Below are positions 1-13,494 of a DNA stretch of 64,000 nt, in pieces (position 1 is the stretch's first letter; each line of letters opens with the position of its first letter). Location: positions 99,696,001-99,760,000 of the forward strand of contig OZ024745.1 in NCBI GenBank assembly GCA_964016885.1, written 5' to 3'. Under the pieces are notes generated by a model. The model worked only from the letters and a program-made list of their open reading frames with translations. It did not search any database and was not told the DNA's origin. The DNA comes from Eledone cirrhosa. Taxonomy: Eukaryota. The translations under genes were made by a program, and so were the position numbers.

Positions 1-690
1 CATCTTGCGTTATATTCTAAATAACACTAGTAAATTAATCTGATAAACTTTAAGACTTTAATTTGTAGATAAACAAACTCAAGAAAGCAATTATAACTAG
101 CAATATAAATTAGTAACACAATTAGGATGTCATTCTTAAAACTTAAGCTAACAAGGCAAAATTTATTCATTTTATTTATTACATTTCTCAGGAACCATAT
201 TTCTTAAACTTAATGAACTCTGTAATTTGAAGTCACAAAACACCGAAGTCGAAACAATTGAATTGGAAACAAAAACCTCTTAGCATATATAATTTTAAGC
301 ACACAAAAAGTGGTAGAAGGCACAAAAACTGATATAGCTGTTAAATGTCACCGTCAATGCAATAACCATCATCATCATGGTATTTTAAGTTTCAGATAAA
401 TTCTAATCTTTCATGAAAAATAGAATTTAAAAACATTGCAAAATAAGTATTGTTGTTGCTTGCAGTAAATAAACAACAAGTCTGGAATAACATTAAATTT
501 CTCTTTTTCAGCATTTTATAACAGAGTTTTGTAATAATTATTTCCTTTATTCTTTTTTACCATTTTGCATAATTTTTGTAAGAGTAAATTCTATAAAAGT
601 AAAAAAAGGAAAAAAAGAAAAAATATCCTAATAGGATTTTTCCTCTTACAATAGACATAAAACTTAAAATTTATATTTAACAGCTTTGCT

Positions 691-892
691 AATAATGGTT
701 TCTAATTTAGGAACAAGGAGGGTGTAAGTTTATTATGTTAACTCTCAGTATATAACTGGTAGTTTATCATATTGACCCAGAAAGGATGAAAAGCCAAATT
801 GAATTCAACAGGATTTGAACTCAGAGTGCAAAGAGTCAGAACAAATACTCCAAAGCATTTGTTCAATGCTATAATGATTCTGCCAATCCACC
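691..892 (-). mobile_element. Old diverged copy of tRNA-derived SINE family A
   Basis: Degenerate match to family A motifs (aggatgaaa..ggatttgaactcag..ctgccaatccacc). Confidence 0.7.
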
Positions 893-1022
893 ATGCAGAA
901 CTTCCCTAATAATGAAAAATAGAAGAAATATCAACTGAAAACTCTCATCACACATGTATATATACACCTGGTTGTTGAAGGTTTACTTGATAATTTCTGA
1001 GTTATCTACCTTGCCAGTTACA

Positions 1023-1208
1023 TAATTGTTTCTACTTTTGGCACAAGGCCAGCAATTATCCCAGTGTATTACTGGTACTTTATTTTATCGACCTCGTAAG
1101 GATGAAAGGCAAAGTTAACCTCGGCGAGATTTGAACACAGACCGTAAAGGGACGTAACTGTACTGCAAAGCATGGTGTCCGACCCTCTAACGATACTGCC
1201 AATCCACC
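1023..1208 (-). mobile_element. tRNA-derived SINE family A with 16-bp TSD
   Basis: Full copy with A/B-box-like head; TTGCCAGTTACATAAT at 1011-1026 and 1209-1224. Confidence 0.92.
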
Positions 1209-1529
1209 TTGCCAGTTACATAATATCAATGATTTTTGTTTACTTCTGGTGAGAACCATCAAAGTTTGATCAACAATTCCATATATGCAAAGTTTATCAA
1301 TCATGATGTCTCTTAATCCTTTAGTTACCAACCTGGCCAAAACCAGCTCTGGTTCAATGAAATAAAGTCCCCCATTTTAAAGAGTTCCAATTTGTATTAA
1401 AATCTTCCAACATAATTTTATATAAGAACCTTACTGTTACTATCTTAGTAATGAAATAATTAATAATTTTAGTAAATCCCTCATAATTCTTCATTAATTA
1501 ATTAAAATAGAGCACAAAGTACTCACTGT

Positions 1530-1683
1530 AAATTAGGAAGGGCATCCAACTGTAGAAAAAAGCCAGAATCAGTCCTGTATGAGCAAGACATGGTCACCCG
1601 ACCCAACTTTCCTCTAAATGGGACAATCCTGTCTAACCCATGCTAACGTGGAAGATGGACGTTAAATGATAATGATGATGATG
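1530..1683 (+). mobile_element. RTE 3'-end-derived short repeat with (ATG)n tail
   Basis: ggaagggcatcca..catgctaacgtggaagatggacgttaaatgataatgatgatg matches the 3' end of the LINE at 55859-56075. Confidence 0.8.
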
Positions 1684-3442
1684 TATTTCATTAGAAATGC
1701 AGTCATGTAAAGTTAAGCAAACTTTTTGAGCTTTAGTACCCAATCCTTGAAGAGATTTAACTCTCTGAGACACCCACCTCCCTTCCCATATGTACTCTCC
1801 AAATAGTAAATGGGAAGAATTCAAACAGAACTCTGTGAGGTTAGTTTTGTCCTCCAGCCTAAAAGGGCTTGAAAACAGCAAGAGTATTGTCTATGCAGCA
1901 GATTAGTTTTAGACCCCCCTCCCCCAAAACACCCAAACAAAAAACAAATAATACTTTTATTGCATTATTCTTATCTAGCACACAGACTAACCAGATGAAT
2001 AAAGCAACATTTTAAATACATATTCTTTGACAGAACATTTGATATTCAAATGGGTTTCAATCACTTCCTTTCACAGCATAGCCTTATGAATTGAAGTGTT
2101 AGGTTTCTGAAGTTCAAGAGTGCAATTTCAATTCACAGCAATGGCATTCATTTATTCAGCTTCTTTAGTTGACAGATAAATGTATAAAATACTTCTTAGC
2201 TAATACATAAATTCCTCTGTCATGCAGGTTCTGTGCCCTTGGACAAATTATTTTATTCGATGGCAGTCAATATGAAGATTGATTACTGAGGAAAGAATGA
2301 TAGTCAATCTGAATGGAATTTGACAAGAAATTAATTAAAATACTCAATTTATGATGGTTGTCACTACGTTTAACATTTTTATACCAAAACACCTGAAATT
2401 TCCCTGGTTTCATGTTACCAACATGCTTGATACCTATATGTACATATCCACATTTGAATTAAAATCTACAAATGGTAGAATCTCACATTTGTAATATAGG
2501 AAATTGAAAAACTGATTAACTGAGATTATCCTTTCCATGTTTCCCTCTCTCTATGTTTAAAATCTAAAAGCAAGCAAGGGAGACAACTTTAATAATAGCT
2601 AATACAGGTAAAATTCTGTTATAACAAATACCATTATTACAAATTTTTCAGTATAACGAAATAACCAATAATCCTAATGATATTGTCAACACTTTAACAG
2701 CTACTGTTGTTTTCAGTATATCACATGTGTGTGCATGTGTAAACATGTGAATATATGTTTGTAAAAGTATTCTCTTTCTTCTGCCATTCACCATTATATA
2801 CAAGTTTATTAATACTATAGATAAATAATGATCTTTTTATTACAATTATTTTACTCTCTATCAACACATTATCGAATATTTTAGATAATTGAAATGCACA
2901 GGCAGTTCTACACTTGTTAAAAATACAGAGGCAGGAGCCAACAGCTCAAAAAATGTTAGAGGTATGGAAAATAAAAATGTAAAAAGAAACTATTAAAATG
3001 TCATACAAAATATAGAAACCCCAAACGCAGAAAATAACTGTAAACACAGTCGATTGCTATAAATAATAATTTAGAAAATTAGATAAAATAACCCTATAGA
3101 CGGGATAAAAATGGCCATCTATGAAGAATCAAACTATCCGAACTTCTAAAATTCCAGTCTTTATGGAGCTGTTCTACGACAGTTTGAAATTTTATATCAT
3201 TCAGCTAGTTTCATTTCCCAAAATATCCTTGGGAAATGAGATACCTTAGAAACTACTTCCATTAATGGAATAAGATGATTTGATTACTGATCACCAAATA
3301 ATCAGAAAACTAAGAAAAAAGATAAACCCAGCATTAGAGCCATAGAGGTCTTAATGAATCTTAATATACCAACTGAAAAATCTATATAAGATTAAAATTA
3401 TGGCAACAGCTTGGAATAACAAGAAGAATGAAGGCTTTAGAA

Positions 3443-3560
3443 CAGTCATGAGCAAACTGCAGCCTGTTTGTCTTTCTGAATTGCATGCCTAATTTCAAAA
3501 TTGCCTTCAATTTTTTAGTAGTGTGGCAGCCCACTGCTCTAAAAAGGTTGCCCATGCCTG
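3443..3560. mobile_element. hAT-type MITE
   Basis: Imperfect TIRs CAGTCATGAGCAAAC / GGTTGCCCATGCCTG; 8-bp TSD CTTTAGAA / CTTTAGAG. Confidence 0.7.
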
Positions 3561-3623
3561 CTTTAGAGATTAGCACATAAATATAACTTTCCTTTTGCAG
3601 TTTTACAACTACCTTTATTTATT

Positions 3624-3810
3624 ATAATAATTGTTTCTACTTTAGGCACAAGGCCAGCAATTACCCAGTACATTACTGGTACTTTATTTTATCGACCCCG
3701 TAAGGATGAAAGGCAAAGTTAACCTCGGCGGGATTTGAACCCAGACTGTAAAGGGACGTAACTATGCTAGAAAGCATGGTGTCCAACCCTCTACCGATAC
3801 TGCCAATTCA
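3624..3810 (-). mobile_element. SINE family A
   Basis: High identity to the other copies. Confidence 0.9.
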
Positions 3811-3921
3811 ATGGCGGGCAGAATTAAACATTTAGATATTATTCAGGTATTTTATGTTGATACTAAATGAAAGCTACTGTCAACCAGGCACAGAAGGCTA
3901 ACAACTTTATTGGTATAGTGT

Positions 3922-4147
3922 TTAACCCTTTAGCATTTAAACCGGTCGTATCCGGCCAGAATTCTCTCAACTTTTTATGTTCAAACCAGCCATAACCTGC
4001 CATTCATACTGATATTAAGGTATTATTCTCAAAATAAATAACAAAACATTCATAGCTTCGATATTATGTGAGATATTATGTGAAATAAAGCCTTTACCAT
4101 GAAAATACAACAGTAAAATCAGAGTGATGTAAATGCTAAACGGCTAA
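3922..4147. mobile_element. TTAA-flanked MITE family P1 (piggyBac-like ends)
   Basis: TTAA-CCCTTTAGCATTT...AAATGCTAAACGGCTAA; ~225 bp, many copies in window. Confidence 0.85.
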
Positions 4148-4279
4148 GTTTGGATTTAACGATTATGTGGCTATTCAGTCATCAGCTTAGTTCTGTGGCT
4201 ACTGTGGCTATATCAGACTTTAAAACAAGAATATTTAACATATTGTTTTCATAATTACAGAAAAAATAAACAATTCATA

Positions 4280-4440
4280 AACATAGACATAGCAGTGTAA
4301 AAATAAATTTGATTTGCAACCATGTGGTTTTGGGTTCAATCTCACTACATGGAATCTTAGACAAGAGCTTATTTCTGTAGCCTCAAGCTGGTCAATGCTT
4401 TGTAAGTGAAATTTGGTTGATGGAAACTATTTGGAAGTGA
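4280..4440 (+). mobile_element. SINE family C fragment (tRNA-like head)
   Basis: ttgcaaccatgtggttttgggttcaatc..ttgtaagtgaaatttgg..ggaaact shared with copies at 12.4, 29.7 and 36.4 kb. Confidence 0.65.
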
Positions 4441-4818
4441 ATTCTCTCTTCTGAGTGTGAGAAGGTCCTTGTCTATGCTCCTTAGCTCAATGACAAAAAG
4501 GAGGATTGAAACTATCAAAATAATTAAAGAAAAATCACAAATAATTATCAGCAGAAATGTTTGAATATATTCCATAAAATAAATTTTATGACTTCTTAAA
4601 AATAACAGTGTTGAAATTTTATAATTTTCTTTTTGATTTTATCGTACATGATGAGTTGATAAGTTGGCAAATTTACTGTTTTATAACTGCTGTTCTAACA
4701 TCAAATCTTAGCTACATCTAGTTCCATGATATTTAATAGTTAGATGACAGCCAGAAAAGTATATCAATTATATAATCAGTTCATTCACCATAAAATCCCC
4801 AGCTGATAATTCTAATCT

Positions 4819-5204
4819 TAATTCCTTTAATTACTCTATATTTAGTAATGTGGCCGTGTAGGCAACACGGTAAAAACCTCCCAGCCCCACACTGTAAATG
4901 TGGTTGGTGTTAGGAAGGGCATCCAGCTGTAGAAAACCCGCCAGACAGTCCTATGCGAGCAAGACAACCACTCTTGCCTCAAGTGGGAAAACGATGATGA
5001 TGATGATGATTTACTATTATATTTTCATGGTAAAGGCTTTACTTCACATAATTATCTCGCATAATATCGAATCTATGAGATTTTGATATTATTTATTTTG
5101 AGAACAATACTTTAACATCAGTATGACCAATTATAGCCAGTTTAAACAGAAAGAGGTAAGAGAATTCTGGCCAGATACGGCCGGTTTAAATGCTAAAGGG
5201 TTAA
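4819..5204. mobile_element. MITE P1 interrupted by an RTE 3'-end insertion (4849-5010)
   Basis: P1 left end at 4819-4848, then RTE tail ending (ATG)n, then P1 resumes to AAAGGGTTAA. Confidence 0.8.
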
Positions 5205-5328
5205 ACTCCTCTAAGTTTAGTTTGCTTTTCATATATGAACCTCAAAATCTATGTTGTTTCTATACTGATCATTGTTTTATATTCAGTCATTGCAGATCTG
5301 TCTTTCCATATTTCATTATTACCTATTA

Positions 5329-5807
5329 GGGTGGTGGATTGGCAGTATCGGTAGAGGGTCGGACGCCATGCTTTCCAGCATAGTTACATCCCTTTACAAT
5401 CGGAGTTCAAATCCCGCCGAGGTTGACTTTGCCTTTCATCCTTACGGGGTCGATAAAATAAAGTACCAGTAATGCACTGGGTAATTGCTGGCCTTGTGCC
5501 AAAAAGTAGAAACAATTATTACCTATTATGGCCCTTTACGTTCTGAGTTCAAATCCTGCCAAGGTTAACTTTGCCTTTCATCCTTACGGGGTCGATAAAA
5601 TAAAGTACCAGTAATGCACTGGGTTATTGCTGGCCTTGTGCCAAAAAGTAGAAACAATTATTACCTATTATGGCCCTTTACGTTCTGAGTTCAAATCCCG
5701 CCAAGGTTAACTTTGCCTTTCATCCTTATGGGGTCGATAAAATAAAGTACCAGTAATGCACTGGATTATTGCTGGCCTTGTGCCAAAAGTAGAAACAATT
5801 ATTACCT
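5329..5807 (+). mobile_element. SINE family A plus two tandem 3'-part duplications
   Basis: Full copy 5329-5520, then two ~140-bp 3' copies, each followed by ATTATTACCTA. Confidence 0.9.
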
Positions 5808-6114
5808 AGCACAAAAAGGTGGGTGAATGTAGCGAGAATGGCCCATGTAAATGGGCCTACTCTGAGCATAAAATTAGCCTAGAGTATAGAAAGGAAATAT
5901 TTATCTTAAAAGTTCTCCAAACATTTTTTTCAGTCACCATAGACAGTTGTAGATCATAGAATGTTGCAGTTTCTGTACTAAACTAATGAAACATTTCTTT
6001 GAAACTATTGACTGCATTGAAAAAACGATTTATCTTCTATTTTTATGTAGTCTTCCATATGTTATCACCAAGCAATGAAGATTCCAAGTACTAAAACATA
6101 CATGTATAGATAAG

Positions 6115-6510
6115 CCAACAACAGAATATCTATGTGGTTGCTTGACTTGGTAAAAATTACAGTCAAATATCTCCCAAATTAAACACTATTATCTTTAAAA
6201 ATTGGCAGTATTGGTAGAGGGTCGGACGCCATGCTTTCCAGCATAGTTATGTCCTTTTACGATCTGAGTTCAAATCCCGCCGAAGTTGACTTTGCCTTTC
6301 ATCCTTACAGGGTCGATAAAATAAAGTACCAGTAATGCACTGGGTGATTGCTGGCCTTGTGCCTAAAGTAGAAACAATTATCTTTAAAAAGTAGCATTAG
6401 ATAATAAAATCTACTCCTTGAAAAAAAAAAAAGGTTGGGGAGGTGGTCATGGCTGGAAGACCTTTAATTATATAGTTGATGTATTATCAGTGCTACATCT
6501 GAGCAGTCAT
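6115..6510 (+). mobile_element. Dispersed repeat family D interrupted by SINE A (6201-6380)
   Basis: D motifs (caaatatctcccaaat..ggtcatggctggaa) flank a SINE with TSD ATTATCTTTAAAAA. Confidence 0.7.
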
Positions 6511-6620
6511 CAAGATACCGTTTCTTACATAAACTAGTTGGATATTGAAATCCCATTTAGTCAAAATATTAGGAAAAATGTTAAGTTAACTTCAAGTTAA
6601 ACAATTCACCAACCATTATA

Positions 6621-6621
<1 letters not shown>

Positions 6622-6686
<65 letters not shown>

Positions 6687-6695
6687 GTATATATA
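6622..6695. repeat. (GT)n/(TA)n microsatellite
   Basis: Direct observation. Confidence 0.95.
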
Positions 6696-7013
6696 GAAAG
6701 AGCATTCAACTAGTGTATCAAGGCCAAAACAATTATGAGCACAGCACCAAATATATATCGCAATAACTGCATAAACAGCAATAGCACTAACCATGTTAGT
6801 GCTGCGCATGGTAGTGGGGTGGCTGGTGCGGCCATGTGTGAGATCCCCCCCCCCCCCCCCGACCGTCTTCAAGCAATCACACTACAGGAAAAGATACAAC
6901 AAAAATATGAAGACGTCGCATCTCAGAGTTGCAACACTTAATGTTGGCACTCTCACAGGTAGATCTGGTGAAATAGCGGAGATGCTGGAGAGAAGGCATG
7001 TGGATGTTGCTGC

Positions 7014-8318
7014 GTGCAAGAGATGAGCTGGAGAGGTGCCTCTGCGAGACTAATGGCAGGCAAACATCTTAGTTATAAGCTTTTCTGGGTAGGTAAGGAT
7101 GATGGGTTAGGGGGAGTAGGCATTTTCCTGGCTGAGAGATGGATCAATAAGACAATAGAGGTAGTTCAAGTTAATAATCAAATAATTAAGCTTAGATTAG
7201 TTGTAGGCAGGAGACTACTGACAATCATCTCTGCCTATGCTCCCCAAGCAGGCCTAGGTAAAGAAAAGAAAGACTTCTTTTACGAGCAACTTTTACAAAC
7301 AACCGCAATGACAGAGGACGGAGACATCGTTATGCTAGCAGGGGACTTCAATGGTCATTTTGGACAGCTCCAGGATGGTTACACTGGGGTACATGGTGGG
7401 CACGGTTACGGCTCAAGAAATGAAGAAGGAGTGAGACTTCTTGAATTTTGTGATGCAAGTACACTGACCATTTGCAACACTAACTTCCAGACACTTGCCA
7501 ACCACCTAATAACCTACAAATCAAGCGAGCACATAAGCCAGATTGACTTCTTACTAGTTAGGCAACGGGACAGGCAGATGGTGTCAAATACCAAGGCATA
7601 CCCTGGGGAAGAATGTACCCCACAGCATAGGTTAGTTGTTAGTGATATCTCAGTAAGCAAGAGATGGAATGAGACATACAGGAAGGTGTGGAGAAGAAAG
7701 GTCTGGAAGCTAAAAGACCTTTCACTAAAATACAAATTTAGGAAAGCCCTTCAAGGTGTGTATGATGAAAAAGAAGACGATTTAGAGTCGTATGACATAG
7801 ATAATAACTGGAATTTCTTACGTGACAACTTGCTGCAGGTTACTGATGAAACTTGTGGCTGGAGCAGAGCTCCAACCAGACAGAGAGCGACCTGGTGGTG
7901 GAACAGCACAGTAGATAGGGCCATTAGAGACAAAAGACTAGCATGGAAGGCTTGGAAAAAGGGTGGGCGTAGAGAAGGATACACAGCCGCTAAGAGAGAA
8001 GTTAGACGTCAGGTGTACTTAGCACGCAGGGAGGCTGAGAGTAGGAGGTTTGCCAATGTTCTGCGACGGGAAGATCAGAGGCGTGTTGTGTTCCACATTG
8101 CAAGGCAGTGTGTTGTTGGAGATAAATGTGTCCGGAATGATGCCAGTGTAGTTAGTGTCACGAATGATCAGAAAAAGGAGGCCTGGAAATGTCATTATGA
8201 GAGACTGATGAATGTGGAGAACGAATGGGAGAAAGAGAAATTACCCTCAGTAGATCCGACAGAGGGACCAGCTATTGAGATTGACGAATATAGGGTCCAA
8301 GAGGCGATTAAGGAATGA
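7014..8318 (+). pseudogene. APE endonuclease and linker of RTE ORF
   Basis: 434-aa ORF fragment with APE catalytic motifs; continues from the 6793-7026 frame. Confidence 0.9.
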
Positions 8319-9925
8319 AAAATGGTAAGGCCGCTGGACTGTCGGGGATAGTTGCTGAGATGCTGAAGGCATCAGGGGACGTAGGCACTAAACTGGTTGC
8401 ACGCATCATCAATCAGGCTATATATGGCGGTGTCATACCCAAAGACTAGTGCAGCAGTATTCTCATAAATTGCTAGAAAGGTAAAAGGGATGCTCTGGAG
8501 AGGAGCAATTATAGGGGTATAAAACTGATGGATCAGGTTATGAAAGTGGCAGAAAGAATATTAGCACAACTAATTAGAGAAAAGGTAAAACTAGATGAGA
8601 TGCAGTTTGGTCTTATGCCTGGGAAAAGTACAACAGATGCCTTCTTCTTGGTGGGACAATTACAAGAGAGGTTCTTAGAGAAGAATAAGCCACTATACTT
8701 AGCCTTTGTTGACCTAGAGAAGGCCTTTGATAGGGTACCCCAATCTGTCATCTGGTGGTCCCTAAGGAAACTAGGTGTTGAGGAATGGCTTGTGAGGACA
8801 GTGCAAACTTTGTACAGAGGTGCTGTCAGTAAAGTGAGAGTAGGAATGGAGTTTAGTGAGGAATTCTAGATACAATGAGGAGTACATGAGGGTTTGGTCC
8901 TCAGCCCACTCTTGTTCATTATAGCCCTCCAAGCCATAATAGAGGAGTTTAAGACTGGCTGCCCATGGGAACTTCTCTATGCTGACGATCTGGTTGTTAT
9001 AGCAGAATCAATAGAGGAGCTAGAGAAGAAATTCTGGCTATGGAAACAGCAGTTGGAATCAAGAGGACTGAGAGTGAACATAGCTAAAACAAAAGTGTTG
9101 ATAAGTAGAAAAGAGGACAAAACTCTGATTCCATCAGGGCAATGGCCATGTTCGATATGTAGAAAAGAAACTGACATAAGTTCTATAAAATGTACACAAT
9201 GGAGATCTTGGGTACACAAGAGATGTAGTGGGATAGCAGGCAAACTAACAGGTAGGGAAAACTACATATGCAGTAGATGTACAGGGAAATTAGACAGTAG
9301 AAGTTGCATTGATAGACACATTTTTCAAATGCAGGCGGATGCTATAGAAGTGGTTGATAGCTTCCGGTACCTAGGAGATCAGATTAGCATGGGAGGGGTG
9401 GGTGGGGGGTGTTCTGAGGCCATAGTATCTAGAATAAGGAAGGGTTGGAAGAAGTTTAGGGAGCTGCTTCCTCTGCTGACGAAGAAGGGTTTCTCCCTGC
9501 TTACGAAAGGCCGGTTATATGATGCCTGTGTGAGGAGCGTGATGCTGCATGGTAGTGAGACATGAGCAGCAACTGCAGAGGATATGCGATGGCTGGAGAG
9601 CAATGAGGCAAGCATGCTCCGTTGGATGTGCAATGTCAATGTACGTGAATGACCCAGAATGGAAGTGTTGAGAGAGAATCTGCGTCTGAGAGGGATAGAA
9701 TGTAGTGTGCAAGAAAGGAGACTGCGGTGGTGTGGACATGTGATGCACATGGAGGATGACCGATGGGTGAAGAAGTGCCAGGAAATGCCAGTTGAAGGAA
9801 GACATGGTAGAGGTAGACCATGAAAAACATGGGCGGAGGTGGTGAGAACAGACCTCAGATCGCTGAAGCTGACAGTAGAGATGACGAAGGACTGTGACAA
9901 ATGGAGAGATGCTGTGCTGAAAAAA
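8319..9925 (+). pseudogene. RT, PHD-like finger and C-terminal domain of RTE ORF
   Basis: ORF fragments 8528-8869 and 8894-9565 separated by stops; YADD present. Confidence 0.9.
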
Positions 9926-11037
9926 TCGTCCCACCCTTGCAAGCAGGGAAAAGCAGACGTAAAATGATGATGATTATCTATATGTGTATATATATATACA
10001 CACACACACACCCATTTCCTGTTTCGGTAATATTCCTTTCCAATCACAAAGTACTGGGATTTAATCCAATATTTGTCTTCGTGAATAGTTATTTCTCCAT
10101 AGTAACTCATACATTTAATCTAATATGTCATTTTTACATATATATGCTGAACATTTATGTAATTACATTCCAGAAATAAATGATTAAAATATCACTCTTA
10201 TCTTTAACCAATTCTATGTGACATAATAGTTTGCATTAAAAAAAACCTTATAGTTTATCAAAATGCAAATTTTCCAGTTTGTATGCTTATTCATATATCC
10301 AGTAATTGTATATATGGCATACCAATCTTGGATTCCAAAAACTGAATACATTCAACACTATTGCCATAATTATTGGCGGAAATCATTGGAAATGTGGTAA
10401 AAACATTCACATGCACAATTGCACTTGTTTTTATCAGTCAAGAGCAAGAACAGTGGCTATGACTTTATCATAGACTGCTTACAGTGAATGAGACTCCATT
10501 AAAGGCATCCATATACAGATCATAGTCACTCCTTATTGCATACCTTCATTAAATTATAGATAAATTTATAATTTGGGGTTGTCTTCTTTGCTCTTCTTGA
10601 AAGCATTGTCAGTAATGTTAATAATTTTTCTCTTCATTTGAACTGAGTAAATCTTTTTCTTGTACTAACTATATTAAGTGTGTTAACCTCCACTTAACTA
10701 CGTGAAAAGATAGTTGAGCTTATTTTCCACTTACTGACAAATCAAATCATTGAAATCTATGCAGAAAAATATTTTGCAAATTAGGCTCTACTATTTATAA
10801 AAATGGAGAGAAATAATGGATAATGTAGTCCTAGATAATGCCTAAATAAAAAAAAAAAAGCAGGATGGTTATATCTGGAACAGCTTTGATGTTAGGTCGG
10901 TTTGATTAGGTCTGACCCATGCCTAATAAACAGCAATAGTTAACAGTAAGTAAATATGTTAACAGTAAGCTTTAATAAACTCAGAAATACAGGTGGAGAG
11001 ATTTGTTTTATGGACTTTGAGAATGAAAACAAGACAT

Positions 11038-11283
11038 TAACTCTTTTGATACCAAACAATCCCTAATTTAATGATACAAAGCTGTTTATTTTAAAGTGTT
11101 TTAAATTATCTAAAAGGTTTTCCTCATAATTTTACGTAAAAGCTTTTGTTCATTTACATTCTAAACACCAGCTTAATAGTTAGAAAATTATATTAAAAAT
11201 CCTTTCAAATTCTTAATCCTTTTGAAAATGTTTTGAAAGTCAAAATACAGTATTCCATGAGAAATATGTTATCAAGGGGGTGA
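11038..11283. mobile_element. TTAA MITE family P2 (diverged)
   Basis: TTAACTCTTTTGATACCAAAC.. start shared with 20192, 40050 and 63295; other copies near 1315, 13000, 19650 and 24860. Confidence 0.65.
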
Positions 11284-11812
11284 AATTCCTGTAATGCAAT
11301 GATAGTAATTGTTTGTGTGAAAGACAGCAGAAGATAATGCAAGATATATGGGAAAATCAAAGAGTAATCAAACAAATAAAAGCTATAATTGTAAAAGGTG
11401 ATTATATAGTATTAGATACAAATAGGCAACTGGATGTTTAGAAGAGATTTTCTGCTGAGCAGAGGACATTAACAAAATACATAAGCTTGTAGATGTTTTC
11501 CATGTCAATACAAAATTACATCATTATTATTTTGTCCATTTTTGGATCATCCCAGTCAGTCTGAGACTAGATGGGTCGGAGAATGACATCTTACTGATAC
11601 AATCCATATTTTGGCAGGACTTCTATGGCTGGAGGCCCTTTCTAATGCCAACCAATTTAATGGGTGCAGCATTTTAACATGGTACCAACTCTAGAGAGGT
11701 TGTCATGTCATTGACTCAATATGATTGAAGAATCCTCTCAGCCTATATTGTTTCCAAATAGATGAGAAAATAATGTACATTATGACAATAATGTAAATAA
11801 TGTCCTTAATGA

Positions 11813-11927
<115 letters not shown>

Positions 11928-12444
11928 ATATATAAGGTAGAATTTAGGAAGTAAAATGTGTTACATCATAAGTTCATAAATATTTGCAATTTGCAAAATG
12001 GAAGGCATGCATCAGCAAAAGTGATTACAAGACTGATTACCAAGAGAATGAGTTAATTGCTTCCAAGATATAAATAGTGACAGAATCATATGTTATTTTA
12101 ATCCTAGTAGAATAATAATATGTAGGGAAGTTTATGAATTTTGGCATTGCTCATGTTACTGAGAGCAAAGCATATTCTTAGAAACACATAACCAGCTATG
12201 CTTCTCAGAGCTGTTTAGCTAACAAAAATGTCCTCATTGTAAAATAAAAAGCTATCATCATGTAGAAGGCTGGTCAGTGTTTGGATTGCTGTGAATTTGT
12301 CTAGTGGCCATACAATATAAATTAGAAAGATGGAGGGGGGATTCAGAAAGAAACATACACAATTATTTATAAGTCAGTTGTGTGTAATATGATTTGGATC
12401 AATTTTAGTAAAAGGGTGATAAAGATTTCAAAATATTAATTTTT

Positions 12445-12755
12445 CAGGCTGTATAGTTAAGGAGTTCACTTGCAACCACATTGTTTTGGGTGCATCTTAA
12501 GCATGTGTCTTCTACTATATCCTAAGATTGTGGGTGAAATTTAATAGATGGAAACTGAACAGAAGCCTGTTATATATGTATATATATCTCCATACCTCTG
12601 TTTGTTTACATCCTGTAAGTTAGCAATTTGACTAAAAGAGATTGATAAAATAAGTACCTGACTTGTACAAATAAGGATTGTGGTTGATATGATTAGGATA
12701 GTGCTCCAGTATGGCCACAATCTAATGACTAAAACCAGTGAGAGAATAAAAGAAT
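12445..12755 (+). mobile_element. SINE family C
   Basis: Head cacttgcaaccac.., body gtcttctactata..ggaaactga..aagtacc, tail aaagaataa. Confidence 0.7.
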
Positions 12756-13269
12756 AATTAGAGTGGAAGAAGCCAACAGAACAAAAATACGAATGTAGCT
12801 GGAAGTTCTGAGAAGCATATAGTCAGTATTTTACTTCAGCCAAAAAATAATAACTAGTTGAAAATTCAAAATTGTTATAAACCTTAGCATAGTGACTGAT
12901 AAAAATTAAAAGCTTTTGGATTAACCAAATGAGAACACTTTATCCCATTCTAAGAATGTATAGGTAAAGATCAATTGATAGGCTAATCATTTTCATACCA
13001 GCCAGCCTGAAACTCTTCCTGCTTCTATCATATTAAGCTGTTTGGTTTTTAAATGTTTATATTTCTCTAAAAGCCTTCCATCAACATTTTATGTAAGAAC
13101 CATTATAAAGTTGTGCTTCAGACACCAGATAAATAATGAGAATGTTACATTACTTAATCCCTCCAAATTCTTGATTACTTTCAAAATTTGAAGATCATAG
13201 GCAGTGTCTTTCAATAGAAATGTGGTAAGGAAAGGGTTTTAAAAAAAAAAATAATCACCACAAACTAAC

Positions 13270-13494
13270 TTAATCCTTTAGCATTCACATTACTCTATAA
13301 GTACTATTATATTTTCACGGTAAAGGCTTTATCTTACATAATTATCTCACATAATATTGAATCTACGAGATTTTGATATTTATTTTTAGAACAATACCTT
13401 AACATCAGTATGAGCTCTGGTTACAGCTGGTTTGAACAGAAAGAGGCAAGGGAATTCTGGCCGGATATGGCAGGTTTAAATGATAAAGGGTTAA
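13270..13494. mobile_element. MITE P1
   Basis: TTAA...TTAA with TIRs. Confidence 0.88.

Larger units (their letters stand above)
6700..9974 (+). mobile_element. Near full-length, disabled RTE-clade non-LTR retrotransposon
   Basis: APE motifs (LNVGTL, QE, AYAPQ, GDFNGH, QIDF, QHRLVV), RT motifs (FVDLEKAFDRVP, LSPLLF, LYADD, YLG), (ATG)n tail; frameshifts near 7020 and 8318 and several in-frame stops. Confidence 0.95.

Noticed and set aside
5329-5420. SINE heads as functional tRNA genes
   Set aside because: A/B boxes are present but there is no cloverleaf, and they are always joined to the SINE body
7843-7860. CTGATGA motif inside the RTE
   Set aside because: No stem II/GAAA geometry; part of coding sequence. 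The motif at 58417 fails for the same structural reason
9379-10110. 243-aa minus-strand ORF
   Set aside because: Antisense shadow of the RTE coding region
10735-10756. Apparent 22-nt minus-strand exon (..GCATAG / GTAAGT)
   Set aside because: Overlaps a decayed family D repeat and has a short pyrimidine tract; likely chance
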